In this document: piece after piece, positions 23,340 through 36,350 of the stretch
How positions within the stretch are numbered: the stretch's first letter is position 1
How the letters are laid out: each line of letters begins with the position of its first letter
DNA from: Felis catus
Lineage: Eukaryota
NCBI RefSeq assembly: GCF_018350175.1
Contig: NC_058383.1
Span: 23,314,001-23,378,000, forward strand
Direction of reading: 5' to 3'
DNA: 64,000 nt
Notes under the pieces: generated by a model
The model's database searches: none
Told to the model about the DNA's origin: nothing
The model's input: only the letters and a program-made list of their open reading frames with translations
Position numbers and translations under genes: made by a program

Positions 23340-25600
23340 AGCAAGGAAGTGGTCTGCAGGAATTGAATCTTTGGCATTTACTTGGAGATTTTTAATAAAT
23401 ATTCTACAAGTGCTTAACAAGAATATATTTTAATTTTGAGGTTCTATATCCTAAACACGTTTGTGAGACCAAGTTTATTAATTGTGATGTTCAAAACTTC
23501 AATATCCTTATTTTTCATTTCCTTTGCACATCAGTGTCTACAAAATGTTGATTAAAATCCCCTTCCATGACTGTAGATTTATCAAATTCTTCTTGTCATT
23601 CTGTCATACTTGCTTTATTTTGAAGCTGTGTTGTTAGCTGAACATAGCTTCCAGTGTTTGTATTTTACTGGTGAGTTTTCCCTTTAATAATTACATAGTG
23701 GTTATTTTTATCCCTAATTATGCTTTGTTATCTTTAATAATGTTTTATCTGATGCTACTAATTGATACACCAGCCTTCTTTTGGTCCCCTTTCACCTAGG
23801 ATATCTTTTTCAATCCCATCACCTACAAAATTACTTTTTGTACTTAAAATTATTTTTAAGGCGTCTCTAATAAATAGCATATAGATACTTTTTTGTCCGG
23901 GGCAAGAATCCCCATGTGTTACCTGATGACAACTGTCCACCTACATCTATTGTGATTGCACATGTGGATTTACTTGGCCCATTTTATTTTGTGAATTTGT
24001 TTGATATTATATAGTACATATTTCCTACTTTTGTGTTGAAGGGGTTAGGTATTCTTTCCTCTCTACTGTTTTGGAAGTTATGTGTTCTATTTCTATTCTT
24101 CTAGTAGTTTCCCTTAAGTTTTAAATCTGCATACTTTCATCCCTGTAGGTGACTGCTATTTCTGCTCTGCTCCAGAACACATGCAGACCTTGGGAGAATT
24201 AGCTCTCATTGCTTTCCTTCATTGCATTCATCTTTGTTAACTGGTCATTTTGTTTCCACCTCCCCCAATATTAGTTACTATTTTTTAAGAGAAATGCTTG
24301 CTTAATTAGGGGTAGATGGAGGCAGTGCTGTTTGCTAAATAATGCCTCTGGCTGCCTACCCCTTCATTCTGTGGTCAAATATCCTTTTACCAGAATACAT
24401 CCCTGGAGCATTAACCTCCCTCCACCTTTCCTGCCTAGAGATGGCTTTTTATGACCTTCAAGGCCAATGTTTAAACAAAGTATAGAATTCTAGATTGATA
24501 GTTTTATTTTGCAGGAGTTTGAAGGGACTCTTCCATTGTTCTGGGCTTCTCTTGTGGCCATTGGTCTGTGTTTCCTTTGCAGATAATTTCAATGCCCTTA
24601 ATATTCTCTGTCTTTGTTACTCTTCAGTTTCAACTTCATGGATCCCTACGTGTCCATACCCTGTGCAGAACTCAGTGTGCATTCTGAAAATTGTTATTGA
24701 ATATTGCCTAGTTCCCATTCCCTGTATTCTTTGCTACCAGAACTCTGCTCACATCTATTCTCCTTGTCTTTTATCCTTCTTGTCCATCTCTTCTTCTGTG
24801 GGCTTTATTCTGGATGATGTCCTCAGCTCTTTTACTTCAGTATTCTCTTTTCCAGCAGTTTAATCTGCTAACACATTTATTGAGGTTTTATTTTCTGTGC
24901 CCACATTTTTAATTGACATTCTATTTGCTTCTCTTTTCAAAGCTGCTGGTTATCATTTTCGTGTTATTTTGTGCTGTTGGGATGATTTCTATTTTTTATC
25001 TCTTTAAAAGTCTTAAACAGACCCACAGTGTCTTTCAGATTGTTGTTCTGTTGTCAAAAGTTCCTGAGGTCACTAATTTTACTGCCTGTGGTGGCTGCTG
25101 ACTCTTCCTCATGGTTGACCATTTCTTCCTGTGGCTTGTAGTTTTTGTTGTTGTTGTTGTTTTTAATGATAGCTAAATCCCATGGGGACTGTTTATACAA
25201 TGGGAGTCCTATGGAACCTAGGGTTATGGTAATAGTACACAGAGTACTTTTGTTTTTGTGTATGCAGGGAACCCTGGGGGTTTCACTAGTCTAGAACAAA
25301 TTTTGAATGTGAACTCATAACTTTAGAAATCTGATACTTACTAGGAGTGTAAACTTGATTTTCAACATCACCATGAAGTACAGACTTAGCATCTTAGTTT
25401 CTCATGAGCAAGTTGGTTTTGTTACCAACCCAGAGCCCAAGTTGCTTCCCTGGGTTGATGGGCACAGTTTTTCTAAATCCCTTTCACTAAGGCTATAACC
25501 CTACCAGGGCTCCAGCTTTAGTTTACTTAGACCTCAATTCTCAATACCTCCCACCCTCCTGGTAGGGACAGTGGATAGAGCAGCCCAAATTGATAGGTAA
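23340..25600 (-). mobile_element. Ancient L1M (EN/ORF1/5' region) fragments
   Basis: T-rich antisense L1 motifs such as 'ttaaaatccccttccatgactgtagatttatcaaattcttcttg', 'tatagaattctagattgatag' and 'ttccattgttctggg'. Confidence 0.65.
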
Positions 25601-26489
25601 GGGTTTAACTTTCAGTGATCAGTGATGCTGACTCACCATAGCACAGGCCACTGTCTTCACAATCCCCAAGCCAATTCTCTCTCTGCGGGTCACAGGTATA
25701 CATTTCAAACTTCAAATTCAGATATGCAATAAATACGCCCTTTTCTTCCAGCTTAACTTGATTATCCCACTGTCTGCTGTCTATCCCTCTGATCTGTGGA
25801 TAAGATCAACTTTGGTCCTTCCTTGGGTCACTCGCATCCATGTGTTTTGCACCCAAAGACTGGCTGTGTTTGGTCCTCAGTCATCTGTCTACACAGGTTG
25901 CCAATGATGCATCCATTGTCCCTTTCTTTGTAAAGGGAAAAAAAGTCCCTTCTTTTCATCCAGTCCCCACACCGCTTCCTGTGGTCCCACCTACCTAGAA
26001 GCGTCACAAAGCTCTTCTTCTCCGAGGTTTGTGATCTGTCCCAGCGGTGCTGCTGGAGGGTGAGGCTCATTCTCTCCTGCCCAGGGACTCAAAGCGTGCG
26101 GTCCCGTTCTCTTTCCTTCCCTCCATCTCTCTCCCCTTCTCTGCCCCCATCCCACTGTGCTCATTCTCTCCCTCCTCCTCCAGTCTAGCAGATCCTAATT
26201 CTAGTAGAATAAATCTTGCCATTTCTTCAAGCCAGCACACTCTGTCAGTGTTTTTGGATCCTTTTTCCCTGAAGCTGTAAGCTTTAGGAGGAAAAGGCCA
26301 AAAGGAAACCTTCTTTTCCGATTTCCACTCCGCTAGAGATGCCCCATGAGGAAAGGGTCTCAGAGGCTGCCTCCTCCTTCAATACAGGGAAGGAAATAGG
26401 AATACAGAGAAGAAGGGAAATGTGTGGGAAGAGAAAAAGAATTAATACTTCTAAATATTCCCCTAGGGTTGTAGTTACAATTTTTTTGG

Positions 26490-26710
26490 TTGGGGAGTCT
26501 GACATACCTGATTTCAAATTCTGGTCACACCACTGCTAGTCATGTGATTTGGGGCTAGTTTCCTAACACCTTCTGACATGTACTTCCTCATTTTCACTGG
26601 GGGATAGTAAGATTACTTACCCCGTAGATTCGTTGTGAGCAATAAATGAGATAGTGGATGTAAAGCATTTATTTCACTACCTGCACATGGCAATTTAATT
26701 AATAACTGGC
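26490..26710 (+). mobile_element. MIR
   Basis: 'ggagtctgacatacctgatttcaaattctgg...tgtgatttggggctagtttcctaac...cttcctcatt...gtaaagcattt'. Confidence 0.8.
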
Positions 26711-27469
26711 AGTTATTCTTACGAACACATAGTCGTCGTTAGGATTCACTTTCTGCTTAGAGCTAGGTCATCTGGGATGAGTTACTGAGGCTCAGTTCCC
26801 TCGTGTGCTGTGAGTTTCAAGGGCACCATTCTGAAGGAGAGTGAGAGTCCTCACGAGCCCAGAGCCACCAGGTCCCCTCTAGGTACCCGGCTCCTGGTGG
26901 TGACTGCTGAGGCCTCATACTTGCATTTTTCTGAGGTCAGCTGGAGCCCCCCTGCCTGCACTTCCAAGATGACAGTGCTCCTCTCCAGGAGTCACTTGCA
27001 GCCAACAGCTGACTGACATGGGTGGGGGGACAAAAGCCAGGCCAGTACTGACTCTGTGGAGAACTCACTCTCCAGAGCTCTTTCCAGGCCTGAAGGGAGG
27101 CACCAAAATCCACCATATCGTTGTCTAGCATCTTATCCTGCTTCATCCTGCCTCTGTTGCTTTTTTTTTTTTAACAAGTTTTTCCTGAGAAGAGTCTCAC
27201 CATTTGCCAAAGAAGGTCCTTCTCAGCTTCTGCCTCTAGGGACCCCACCTGAGACAGAGTCCAAATTCACAGTAAGGCTGAGAGCACAGATATTTCTAAC
27301 ACCAAGGATGGAAGTTTTCTCCATTGTACCGCCTTTCTTTAAATTAAAAGTTATTTTATAGGTACATACACGAATGCCCGACATGACCCCAGAAATTATG
27401 CAAAAAGCATAAAATAAGTAAAAAAAAAAAAAAAAAAAAAAAAAACCCTGGGTTTTGTAATGATATCAA

Positions 27470-27700
27470 TAGTTACTATTTATTGGCAATCTATCATATA
27501 CTAAGAAACTATATATTATATCTAATATATAAATTAGATACTATACTAATCAGAACAATAGTACCAACTTTTGTCATAAGGCAACTAAGATCCAGAAAGG
27601 TCAAATGACTTGTCCAAGGTCATGCAACTAAGAAGTGGTGAAGCAGAGTTCACACAGAGGCCCCTCCACAATGCACACTCTTGACTGCGTGTTTTATTGC
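27470..27700 (-). mobile_element. MIR
   Basis: 'aaggcaactaagatccagaaaggtcaaatgacttgtccaaggtcatgcaacta' is the MIR core. Confidence 0.8.
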
Positions 27701-28379
27701 CCAGAATTTCAGCTGTCTGTTTAGACGTCTGCATCCTCCCCCAAAACATACACTACACGTGAGTTAATGGCAAGATAAGGTTTTTTTCATTTTAATATCC
27801 CAGACCTAGAGAAATGTTTGACATCATAGGTACCCAGAGCTGCTTGTGGAATGATTAAATGGGAATGGATGGGCAGGACTTGGGGGTGATCTGTTTCCAG
27901 AATTGATGCCATACCCCCTCTTACCTGCAGGGCTCCAGTTCACTTCTGGTAAGAGACCCAATCTAGCTTTTAGTGATCTGTTTTCATTTAATTCCACACT
28001 TGCTATGGGCCTGTTTCTGGGGCCTGTTGTCCATTCTCAGAGCCAAGAGTCAAGCTTGGCTGAGGCCGATACAGTACGTGAGTGGAGCCCGGTGTCCTGG
28101 ATGCTGAGAACCATTAAGGACAAAAGCAACTGGGGGCGACACAGCAGCCAGCTAAAGGCAGGTAAGATCACTCAGACTTCCGGGCACACCCGGTATCTAG
28201 ATGGAGATTGCGTGCCCAGGTACGGGAATTTATCAGGAAGTGTCAAGAGAGGTCTGTGAGGCAAGCAGATGGCTTTCCGGAAGGTTAGAAAAGATAGCAT
28301 CTGACACGAGCTCCTGTTAGATGATTTGCCAGCCCTTTATTGCTGAGAACCACCCATATGGATTGCTCAAAGCCACAGC

Positions 28380-28742
28380 TCTGTGTCTGTCCTGCATGAC
28401 ATTTTTCCTGGCCGTTGGCAATTGGGCCGAGGGCAGACACTTAACCCAAGTTGGGCCAATCAGATTCTGTCCCCTAAAACATTTAACTGAGGGACGCAGA
28501 GTCCAGGAGCTGGAAATTGTGTTGGGCCATGGCAGAGGTGTAGAGGAATGGCTGATAAACTCCCGTCACCGGCTTTATCATCCTGGGGCCATCCTGGTGC
28601 CCACAGTTCCTTGAGTTTCTTGTGCATTTTCTCCTTGGATTCTGAGAACCTTCTATATCCTTCCAACAAATTTCTCCTTTCACTTAAACTAGCAAGATTA
28701 GGTTTCTGTTACTTGCACTGAAAAGAGCCTTAACTAAAACAC
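28380..28742 (+). mobile_element. Old ERVL-type solo LTR fragment (LTR16/LTR33-like)
   Basis: 'acccaagttgggccaatcagattc...ggtttctgttacttgcactgaaaagagccttaactaaaaca' terminus. Confidence 0.6.
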
Positions 28743-29526
28743 TGCCAGATAAAGGTGGAGGAGAGACTCAGTGTAGCTGCCTTTTATCTGTATTTACCAT
28801 TTCTTTGGTGTATTTCCCCTCGATTCTTGAGAAGGAAATAGAGGAGGCTTCTGACACTTACAGTCTAGAGGGAGAGGCAGACATACACAAATCGTTTCAA
28901 CACGATGTGGTAAGTGCTCTAATAGGTATGATAAGAGAGTGTCGTGGGAGCAGGAAGGAGGAACCGTCTAACTCCGCTTGGGGCTGGGGGTGGGAAGGCT
29001 TCGTGCAGAGCAGAGTCTCTAAGGATGAGTGGGAGTTCTGATATACTGATATATTTTCAGGAGCGTCAGAAGAGTGTTAACAGCTTTTATATTTCTTAAA
29101 AGGATAAGAGATGAAAGAGGAAATGGAGTAAGGTGTAATTTGCTTCTGTCTTTAAGAGGTGTTTTAGTCGAGATAGTCTAGGTTTTGCGGGGGTAACATT
29201 AACTCTGGAGTCGCAGTGGCTTTAATGCGGTGAGTTCTGTTTCCTTCTCAAGGTGCATGTGCAGCAAGGTCACTGGGGGCCTGCTCTCTGCGGAGTCAGT
29301 GAGGGTCTCAGGATGGTGGAGGCTCTGACATCTTTTTGCTGCACCATCTGGAACTGAGACCTCATTGGTCACCACAACAGAATCATCATGACAGATGCTT
29401 TGGCCCATAAGTGACACAGGCCACTTCCACTTTGGCCCAGTGTCACGGGGGTGGGTGTGCATCATCGTCCAGTGTGCCCCGGAGAACGAGTCAGTACTCG
29501 AAGTCTCCCCCCACAGCACAAGACCA

Positions 29527-30034
29527 CCTTCTCACCCCTGGACCCGAGTCCTGGTCCCGCCCTTCTCACCCCTGGATCCGAGCCCTGGTCCTGCCCTTCT
29601 CACCCCTGGATCCGAGTCCTGGTCCTGCCCTTCTCACCCCTGGACCTGAGTCCTGGTCCCGCCCTTCTCACCCCTGGACCTGAGTCCTGGTCCCGCCCTT
29701 CTCACCCCTGGACCTGAGTCCTGGTCCCGCCCTTCCCACCCCTGGACCTGAGTCCTGGTCCCGCCCTTCTCAGCCCTGGATCCGAGTCCTGGTCCCACCC
29801 TTGGCACCCCTGGATCCGAGTCCTGGTCCCGCCCTTCGCACCCCTGGACCCGAGTCCTGGTTCCGCCCTTCTCAGCCCTGGATCCGAGTCCTGGTCCCGC
29901 CCTTCTTACCCCTGGATCCGAGTCCTGGTCCCGCCCTTCTCAGCCCTGGATCCGAGTCCTGGTCCCGCCCTTCGCACCCCTGGATACGAGTCCTGGTCCA
30001 GCCCTTCTCAGCCCTGGATCTCAGTCTTGGTCCC
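29527..30034. repeat. 34-bp GC-rich minisatellite (VNTR), about 15 copies
   Basis: Unit ccttctcacccctggayccgagtcctggtcccgc; period confirmed (ctcacccctg at 29531, 29565, 29701). Confidence 0.97.
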
Positions 30035-30379
30035 AGTGCCCGAGCCTCTATCTTAATCATTTGCCCCAAATCACACTTGGTCCTCTCTTGCTCCCTCACT
30101 GACACCCCTGCCACATGCTAGAAACCGCACAGATTTCTTGCTAGTAAGTAGCAAGGACAGAGGTCAGTGTGGCTTTAAGACTCTCAGGAAACCCTATTGC
30201 CTTTGAAGCCCACCGGCATTATGAAGCAGTGCTGTGGGCTTCCTCACAATTTATTTGTGCCGCACTTTCAGGGAACGGTTAGATGGGCAGCCCCCCTCTC
30301 TCCTTTGCACGTTTCCCCACCTCCCTCTTGGGTTCTCTCAGCTCCCATCTCCTCAAGCCACATTCCATGACGACTCCCA

Positions 30380-31030
30380 GGATGTTATGAGAAGCGTAAG
30401 AAATAAGCCTTCCAATGTCGGAAACCAAGTCCCTCATCCTCCTTCTCAAAACCTGCCCACAGCCCTGCTCACCTAAGTTAAAGGCAACTCCACCCTGTGA
30501 CTCGTTCACAGCAACCTCCACTGTTCTCCTCCTGCATCTCACAGCCAGTTCGTCACAGAACCCACTGGCGCTGCCTCCAGGAAACACCCTGAAGCCAACT
30601 ACGCACCACTTTTATTCCTACAGCCCTGCTCGCGTGGAGCCACTGTCCCCTTAGGGTTTTTCCACTGGATTCTTCACTGACCTCACTGCCTCTGTTCTTG
30701 CTTAACTACAGTCTGCTCTCAACACAGCAGCCATCAGACCTAATAAAAGCCACGTCAGCCCACGTCATGGACTTCCATGTCCTTCAGAGGAAGAGCCAAA
30801 ATACTTCCAATGGCCTACAAGGTCCTGCCTGCTCTTCCCACGCCGTTCCCTCTCTGACCCCATCTCCTCCGTACTGTTTTCTCTCTGTTCTGCTAGAATG
30901 TGAGCTCCTTGCGGACAGGTCCCTTCTCAGTTTGGTTCACTTGACATCCTATAAGCGTGTGTTCACTCGATGCTTTTCTTGGCACATAATAAGTGCTCAG
31001 TAAGTACTGGTGGAATACATTAATGAAATG
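30380..31030 (+). mobile_element. L2 3' portion
   Basis: 'tggcctacaaggtcctgc...ctagaatgtgagctccttgcggacagg...ggcacataataagtgctcagtaagtact...aatgaa'. Confidence 0.8.
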
Positions 31031-31539
31031 TGGTCTCAGAGGCATTTGCTCTCGGTAATTCCACGTGGTGAACTTTTCTTATCCCTCTACAATCTTGGGG
31101 TGTGAAATCCTTGCTTATAAGCACCAGAAAAGTGGCAGATACGCCACAGCACTTCTAATGCTCAACACTAAGGGTACATTTCTAGGTCATCCCCAAGGGA
31201 TGAGACAAATTACATAAAATCCTACAGACATAAGAGGGGGAAGGTGAAAGGAAGCTCGCCTCAAAGAATGCAGGTCAACACAGGCTGATCCTATACCTGG
31301 GTAAGAAAATGCCAAGTGTAGGAAAGTTCTAGCAAGAACCTCAGTGGGCCAGAGCAGCGGAAGGTATACCTCTGCCATGGGCTGCGTTCATAAGGCTCAC
31401 ACAAATTCCTCCTTTTTCTGTGTCCACCTTTATCGCCAGTCCCACTGGAAACCGAGTCCCGCAGCTTAGCCATTTTGCTCCAGATGCTGCCACCAGCCTG
31501 CATCCTTGAATATTACTAGGTTCTTGTGGAGAAACGCAA

Positions 31540-31740
31540 TGTGGCAGTCTTGGGTGGTGCAAAGAGCTTCAGGTCAGACAAACCTGACTCGGGATCCTGA
31601 ATCTCGGTCCCTTCATCTTCCGAATGTGGGCAATGATATCCACCCATCTACTGTGGAGTTATTAAGAGGATTGAAGGACAATGATGGTTAAGACTCTGCC
31701 TCGGTACTCATGGCATGGAGTCAGTACTCAATCAGTGCCT
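31540..31740 (+). mobile_element. MIR fragment
   Basis: 'ggtcagacaaacctg...ctactgtggagttattaagaggattga...gtactcaatcagtg'. Confidence 0.6.
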
Positions 31741-32013
31741 GATACCATTTTATGTTCTGATCACTGATAAGGACACTCCCATGTCCTATAGGCCCCTCAA
31801 CATTGATTGTCCAATCTATCACCTATTGTCCAATGACGCCACTAACCCCGTTCTGTCCCCTAATAGTCATGGCTGGGTCTGTCTACCAAGGAATCTGTGT
31901 ATTCCCAGGGCTTAGCTCAAAGTAAAAAGTGGCTTCCACCACTGGAAGAGGAAGATTGCCTCAGGAGTCTTGGGTAGAGAAATTGGTGTTAGTTAAAAAT
32001 CCTATTAGTGTGA

Positions 32014-32156
32014 ACTAGGAATTTATCCAAAGGATACAAAAATGCTGATTCCAAGGGGCACATGCACCCCAATGTTTATAGCAGCACTATCAACTATAGC
32101 CAAAGTATGGAAAGAACCCAAATGTCCATCAACTGATGAATGCATTAAGGAGAAGT

Positions 32157-32206
<50 letters not shown>

Positions 32207-32631
32207 GGAATACTACTCAGGGATGAAAAAGAATGAAATCTTGCCATTTTCAACAAGATAGATGGAACTGGAGGGCATTATGCTAAGAGAAATAAGTCAG
32301 AGAAAGACAGATAACATATGATTTCACTCATATATGGAATTTGAGAAACTCAACAGATGAACATAGGGGAAGGAAAGAAAAAATAAGATAAAAACAGAGA
32401 GGGTGACAAACCATAAGAGACTCTTAAATAAAAAGAACAAACTGAGGGTTTCTGGAGGAGGTAGTGCGGGGTGGGGTGGGGGAGATGGGTTAAATGGGTG
32501 ACGGATATTAAGGAGGGCACTTTTCTGGATGAGCACTGGGTGTCATATGTAAAAGACGAACCACCGGGTTCTACTCCTGAAGCCAAGATTACGCTGCATG
32601 TTAACTAACTTGAAAATTAAAAAAAAAAAAA
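32014..32631 (+). mobile_element. 5'-truncated carnivore/felid L1 (3' ~620 bp) with poly(A) and internal (TA)n
   Basis: Homologous to 18750-19550; translation 'GTCTPMFIAALSTIAKVWKEPKCPSTDE'; TSD aaaatcctattagtgtgaa / aaaatctattagtatgaa; (TA)n at about 32159-32204. Confidence 0.95.
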
Positions 32632-32799
32632 AATCTATTAGTATGAATCTGCTGGGGGCCCAAATCTTATCCTACATGACTAGAATTCAATTATGCTTGA
32701 CCAAAATATCATGAATGTAGAGAAAGCCCATGGATCAGCTGTCAAACTTAACAAGTAAGTCCTCTGAAGATCAACTACTTTGCTAGAAAAGAGGTTGGA

Positions 32800-33420
32800 G
32801 AATGAATATGTAATGTTGAAGGTGGAAAAGGACTTTCTAAGTGTGGTAACAAAGACAGAAACTATAAAATAAAGGACTGATAAATTTCACCAAAGAAAAA
32901 CTTCTTAATGTGTTCCAAAACATATTTTTAAAAAGACAAAATTTTCAGAGCTCTGACAAAAGATAAAAGATCAACTGTTCCATTAGAAAAATGGTTAATG
33001 TACATGAAATATAAATTTACAAATACATAGAAATAGCTAATTAAAAATTCTACATCATTCATAAGCAAATAGATGCAAACAAAAACAGTAAGATACTATT
33101 CCCAGCTACTGAACTGACAAAAGTTACTCAGAAAAATATTATTTAGTATTGGCAAGTGTGCAGGAAAAGTTAGCATTCCCATATACTACATTTTTAGGAG
33201 TGTAAATACTTTTCCAGTAAATATTAAAAACTGTAATTGTGCATATGCTTTAACCCATCAATAATCACAAATGGGCACAAACATTTGGCTATTAGAATGC
33301 TTACTCAAAGCATTGATTGTATTAACAAAAAAAAATCTGGAAACAAGATTATGCCAAAAAGAAGTTAATTCTCTAAACTACAGTACCTTCAAATGACAGA
33401 AGATGATCTAGTCATTTAAA
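32800..33420 (+). mobile_element. Ancient L1M fragment
   Basis: A-rich, with 'aaggactttctaag', 'agatgcaaac...agatactatt' and 'gtattggcaagtgtg'. Confidence 0.6.
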
Positions 33421-33434
33421 ATTGAAATGGGAGA

Positions 33435-33675
33435 GGGGCACCTAGGTGGTTCAGCGGGTTAGGCGACTGGCTCTTGGTTTGGGCTCATGTCATGATCTCA
33501 TGGTTCATGAGTTCAAGCCCCACATCGGACTCTGTGCCGACAGTGTGGACCTTGCTTGGGATTCTCTCCCTCCCTCTCTCTCTCTCTCTCTCTCTCTGCT
33601 CTCCCCCCGCCCACACTCATGCACTCTCTTTTCTCTCCCTCCCTCTCTCTCTCTCAAATAAAGAAACTTTAACAA
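33435..33675 (+). mobile_element. CAN-SINE (older variant, cttgggattctctc)
   Basis: SINE head and core, extended CT tract; TSD ttgaaatgggag. Confidence 0.95.
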
Positions 33676-34067
33676 GTTGAAATGGGAGGGAGAAAGTACC
33701 TGCAATGGATAATCCAGCCATTCAGCTATGTTCATTCATCAAACAACTATTTCCTGACCACATACTCCTTATAGTTAGTACCACTGATGTCAAGATGAAT
33801 AAAACAGAGTCCCTCCCATCAAGGGACACACATTTTACTATGGAATACATTTAGTGAATGACACAAAAGAGCTGTGAACTGAGTGTGGCTATATTCTACT
33901 CCTCCCCCCCCCCCTCAAAAAAATGTCGGTTCTGGCAAGCGGCCCAGATTTGGGAGAATCAGTAGCAGCCTTTAGCAACGGCACCACGAGTAAAAAGACA
34001 AGAGGCAGAGGTAGGATCCAACTGAGAAGAAATGTTGCAGTTGAAACTCCAAACCCAGAGGGGGTGC

Positions 34068-34605
34068 GTATTAGTTCTCTATCGATACCTAACAAACGAT
34101 ACCACCACACACTTAACAGCTTAAAACAACTCACATGTGTTACTTTGCAGGTTTTCCGTGGCCCAGGGGCGTGGGCACAGCCTAGCTGGGTCTTCCGCTT
34201 CAGGGTCTCACAAGGCTGCGATCAGCCCTGTCGGCCGGGCCTGATTTTACCAGAAGGCTCATCTGGGGCAGAGTCAGCTTCTAATAAGTGCGCATGACTG
34301 TTGGCAGGCTGCAGGCCCTTAGGGGCTGTCAGACTGAGGGCCTCAGTTTCTTCCTGGCTGCTGGCCAGCAGTTGCTCTCGGGTCCCAGGGTGGCCACTCG
34401 CTTCACCCAAGCCAGGAAGGGAAGACGAGTCTGCTGGCAAGACAGACTGGACAGTCTCACGTACTGTGATCGTGGGAGTGGCATCCTGATGCCTCTGCTG
34501 AGATATTAAGTTGCGGGTCCTGCCCACACTCAAGGGGAGACTGCGCAGTGACATGAGTCCCGGGCGGCAGGGAGAAGCTGGGACCATCTTAGTGTCTTCC
34601 ACCAC
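34068..34605 (-). mobile_element. MaLR solo LTR (MLT1F/G-like)
   Basis: 'gtattagttctctat...cagcttaaaacaac...cagggtctcacaaggctgc...ggtcctgcccacactcaagggga'. Confidence 0.8.
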
Positions 34606-36306
34606 GGGGTACAAAAGAGAAACATTGGGCCACTGAAGTCGAGCCACAAGGGCAGCTAAATCGGCACGAGCAACGTGGGTCACAGTGAAGGAATCCCCCC
34701 AGCTGAGCCCGGTGGAGTGGTCTTGGCCTCACTTGTCCATCCAGTGATCCCCAAATTCGTAAAATGGTCCATTCCGTGGGTCTTTCTAAGGATGAGTGTG
34801 GTTTGTCTGAGGCAGGAAACTCTAACTCAAATACCCACAAAGGCCAGGCAGATAACATAATACATACGGCTGAAAGGGTCACGGGGAAAGGTGGGGACTG
34901 CGGCCAACGAGCCCTCATGGCCCTTTGCAAAGGGGCCGGCGCCATGCAGCTGAAGGAGATTCCTCGCCTGCTGCCAGAGTTTGCTGTTTTACAAAGGAGC
35001 CCCCGACCACATCTGTACAGGAAATTTCCCCCAATTTAAAATCATTTGTGGACTAAACAAAACGCATCTGCAAGTCAGGGCCAGCCCTAAGACACCAATT
35101 CCAGACGCCAAGCTGGCACCTCTGTGCTCAGGGACACCAAGCAAGGCCATTTGCTGAATTTCAAGCTAACATTTTCCACTTTGCTAGCTCCTGGCTGTTA
35201 CTAACCCATGCTCCTCTCTTTCGAGCTTCTGATTGTGTGAACTCCTCACATTCAAAGGAGTCCAGCTTGCTGATTAGTTTTAAATTTCAGGAGCTTTAAA
35301 GTCTCCAAATTTGGAGGTAAGCAGACTCTCATTAAGAAGTCATTTGATAAAAATTAATCCCTCCAGGAATATCTTGGACTCAGAAGAAAGCCCCGGCTCT
35401 CTCATTAGCTGGTTTTAAGGACTCAGGCCACCTCGGAGGCCCCAGTCCTCCCTGGGTTTGACTCCAAGGCTCCAAACAGCTAGCTGCCTGAGAGTCCAGG
35501 GATCAGAGGCCAGTGATCTCAAGTCACGGGAAAGGATGCAGCCCGCCCCCCCACCCCTGCCCCCTGAGCCCGACTCCTCAGATTTAATCATTTCCACTTG
35601 AGCCTGAGAATGAAGGGACAGATTTTCATCTTACTGAGTAGATTTCAGAGCTTACCTCACCTAATCCTTGCGGATCTGTCACTGACCCAGCAAAGAGAAT
35701 AAGCGAACGAACATGCAGGGTCTGCACTGAGGGGCTTCTGGGAAGGCACTTCAGAGGAAGCATTCCTCCAGGCTCATCCAGGAGGATGGCGGCCTGAGCC
35801 CAGGCCCCAGAGGGCTGTCATCCACTTGCTGGCTGCCTGCCCCCTTGGGACAGCGTGTCCCTGGGGGCCTGTGAACCTGTCCAGAATGGGTCTCCACTTT
35901 AATCTCTAACTAACCCAGTTATAAAAGCTTTGATGTAAGTCAGCGGTTGTTTTTGAAGCAAGGTGGCTATTTTCTAAAGGTCTCCATTTTTTGTGCTTTG
36001 AAAAGATAACGCATGCACAGGGTTAAAAATAATGCGAACAGAACAAAAGGGACTCCTGTGAAAAGTCAGTCCCCCACCCCCACCCCGTGTCCCCATTCCC
36101 CAACCCCACGGCAATCGCTGATAGGAAGTTTCTCGGGGAAGAAAGATGGCTGTTTTTAAATTTTCCAATTTGGTCTCAAAAATAGCCTAAGGCCAAACAG
36201 AGCCCACACTAATGTAATTAAAATGAGCGATGGGGTTATACATGTAACATGTTGTAGGGAACCAAAAATCACAGACACACATTCCCATTTGCAGAAACAA
36301 AAATCT

Positions 36307-36350
36307 TGTGTGTGTGTGTGTGTGTGCGCGCGCGCGCGTGCGCGTGTGTG
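36307..36350. repeat. (TG)n(CG)n alternating purine-pyrimidine tract
   Basis: tgtgtgtgtgtgtgtgtgtgcgcgcgcgcgcgtgcgcgtgtgtg. Confidence 0.95.

Noticed and set aside
27915..27955. Isolated strong splice donors (also near 7440, 35650 and 47626)
   Set aside because: No paired acceptor or coding frame that I can support; expected by chance in 64 kb.
29527..30034. 34-bp repeats as a CRISPR array, or their Pro/Ser-rich ORFs as a protein
   Set aside because: Units are head-to-tail with no unique spacers, the context is mammalian, and the period is not a multiple of 3, so the same peptide shows up in all frames.
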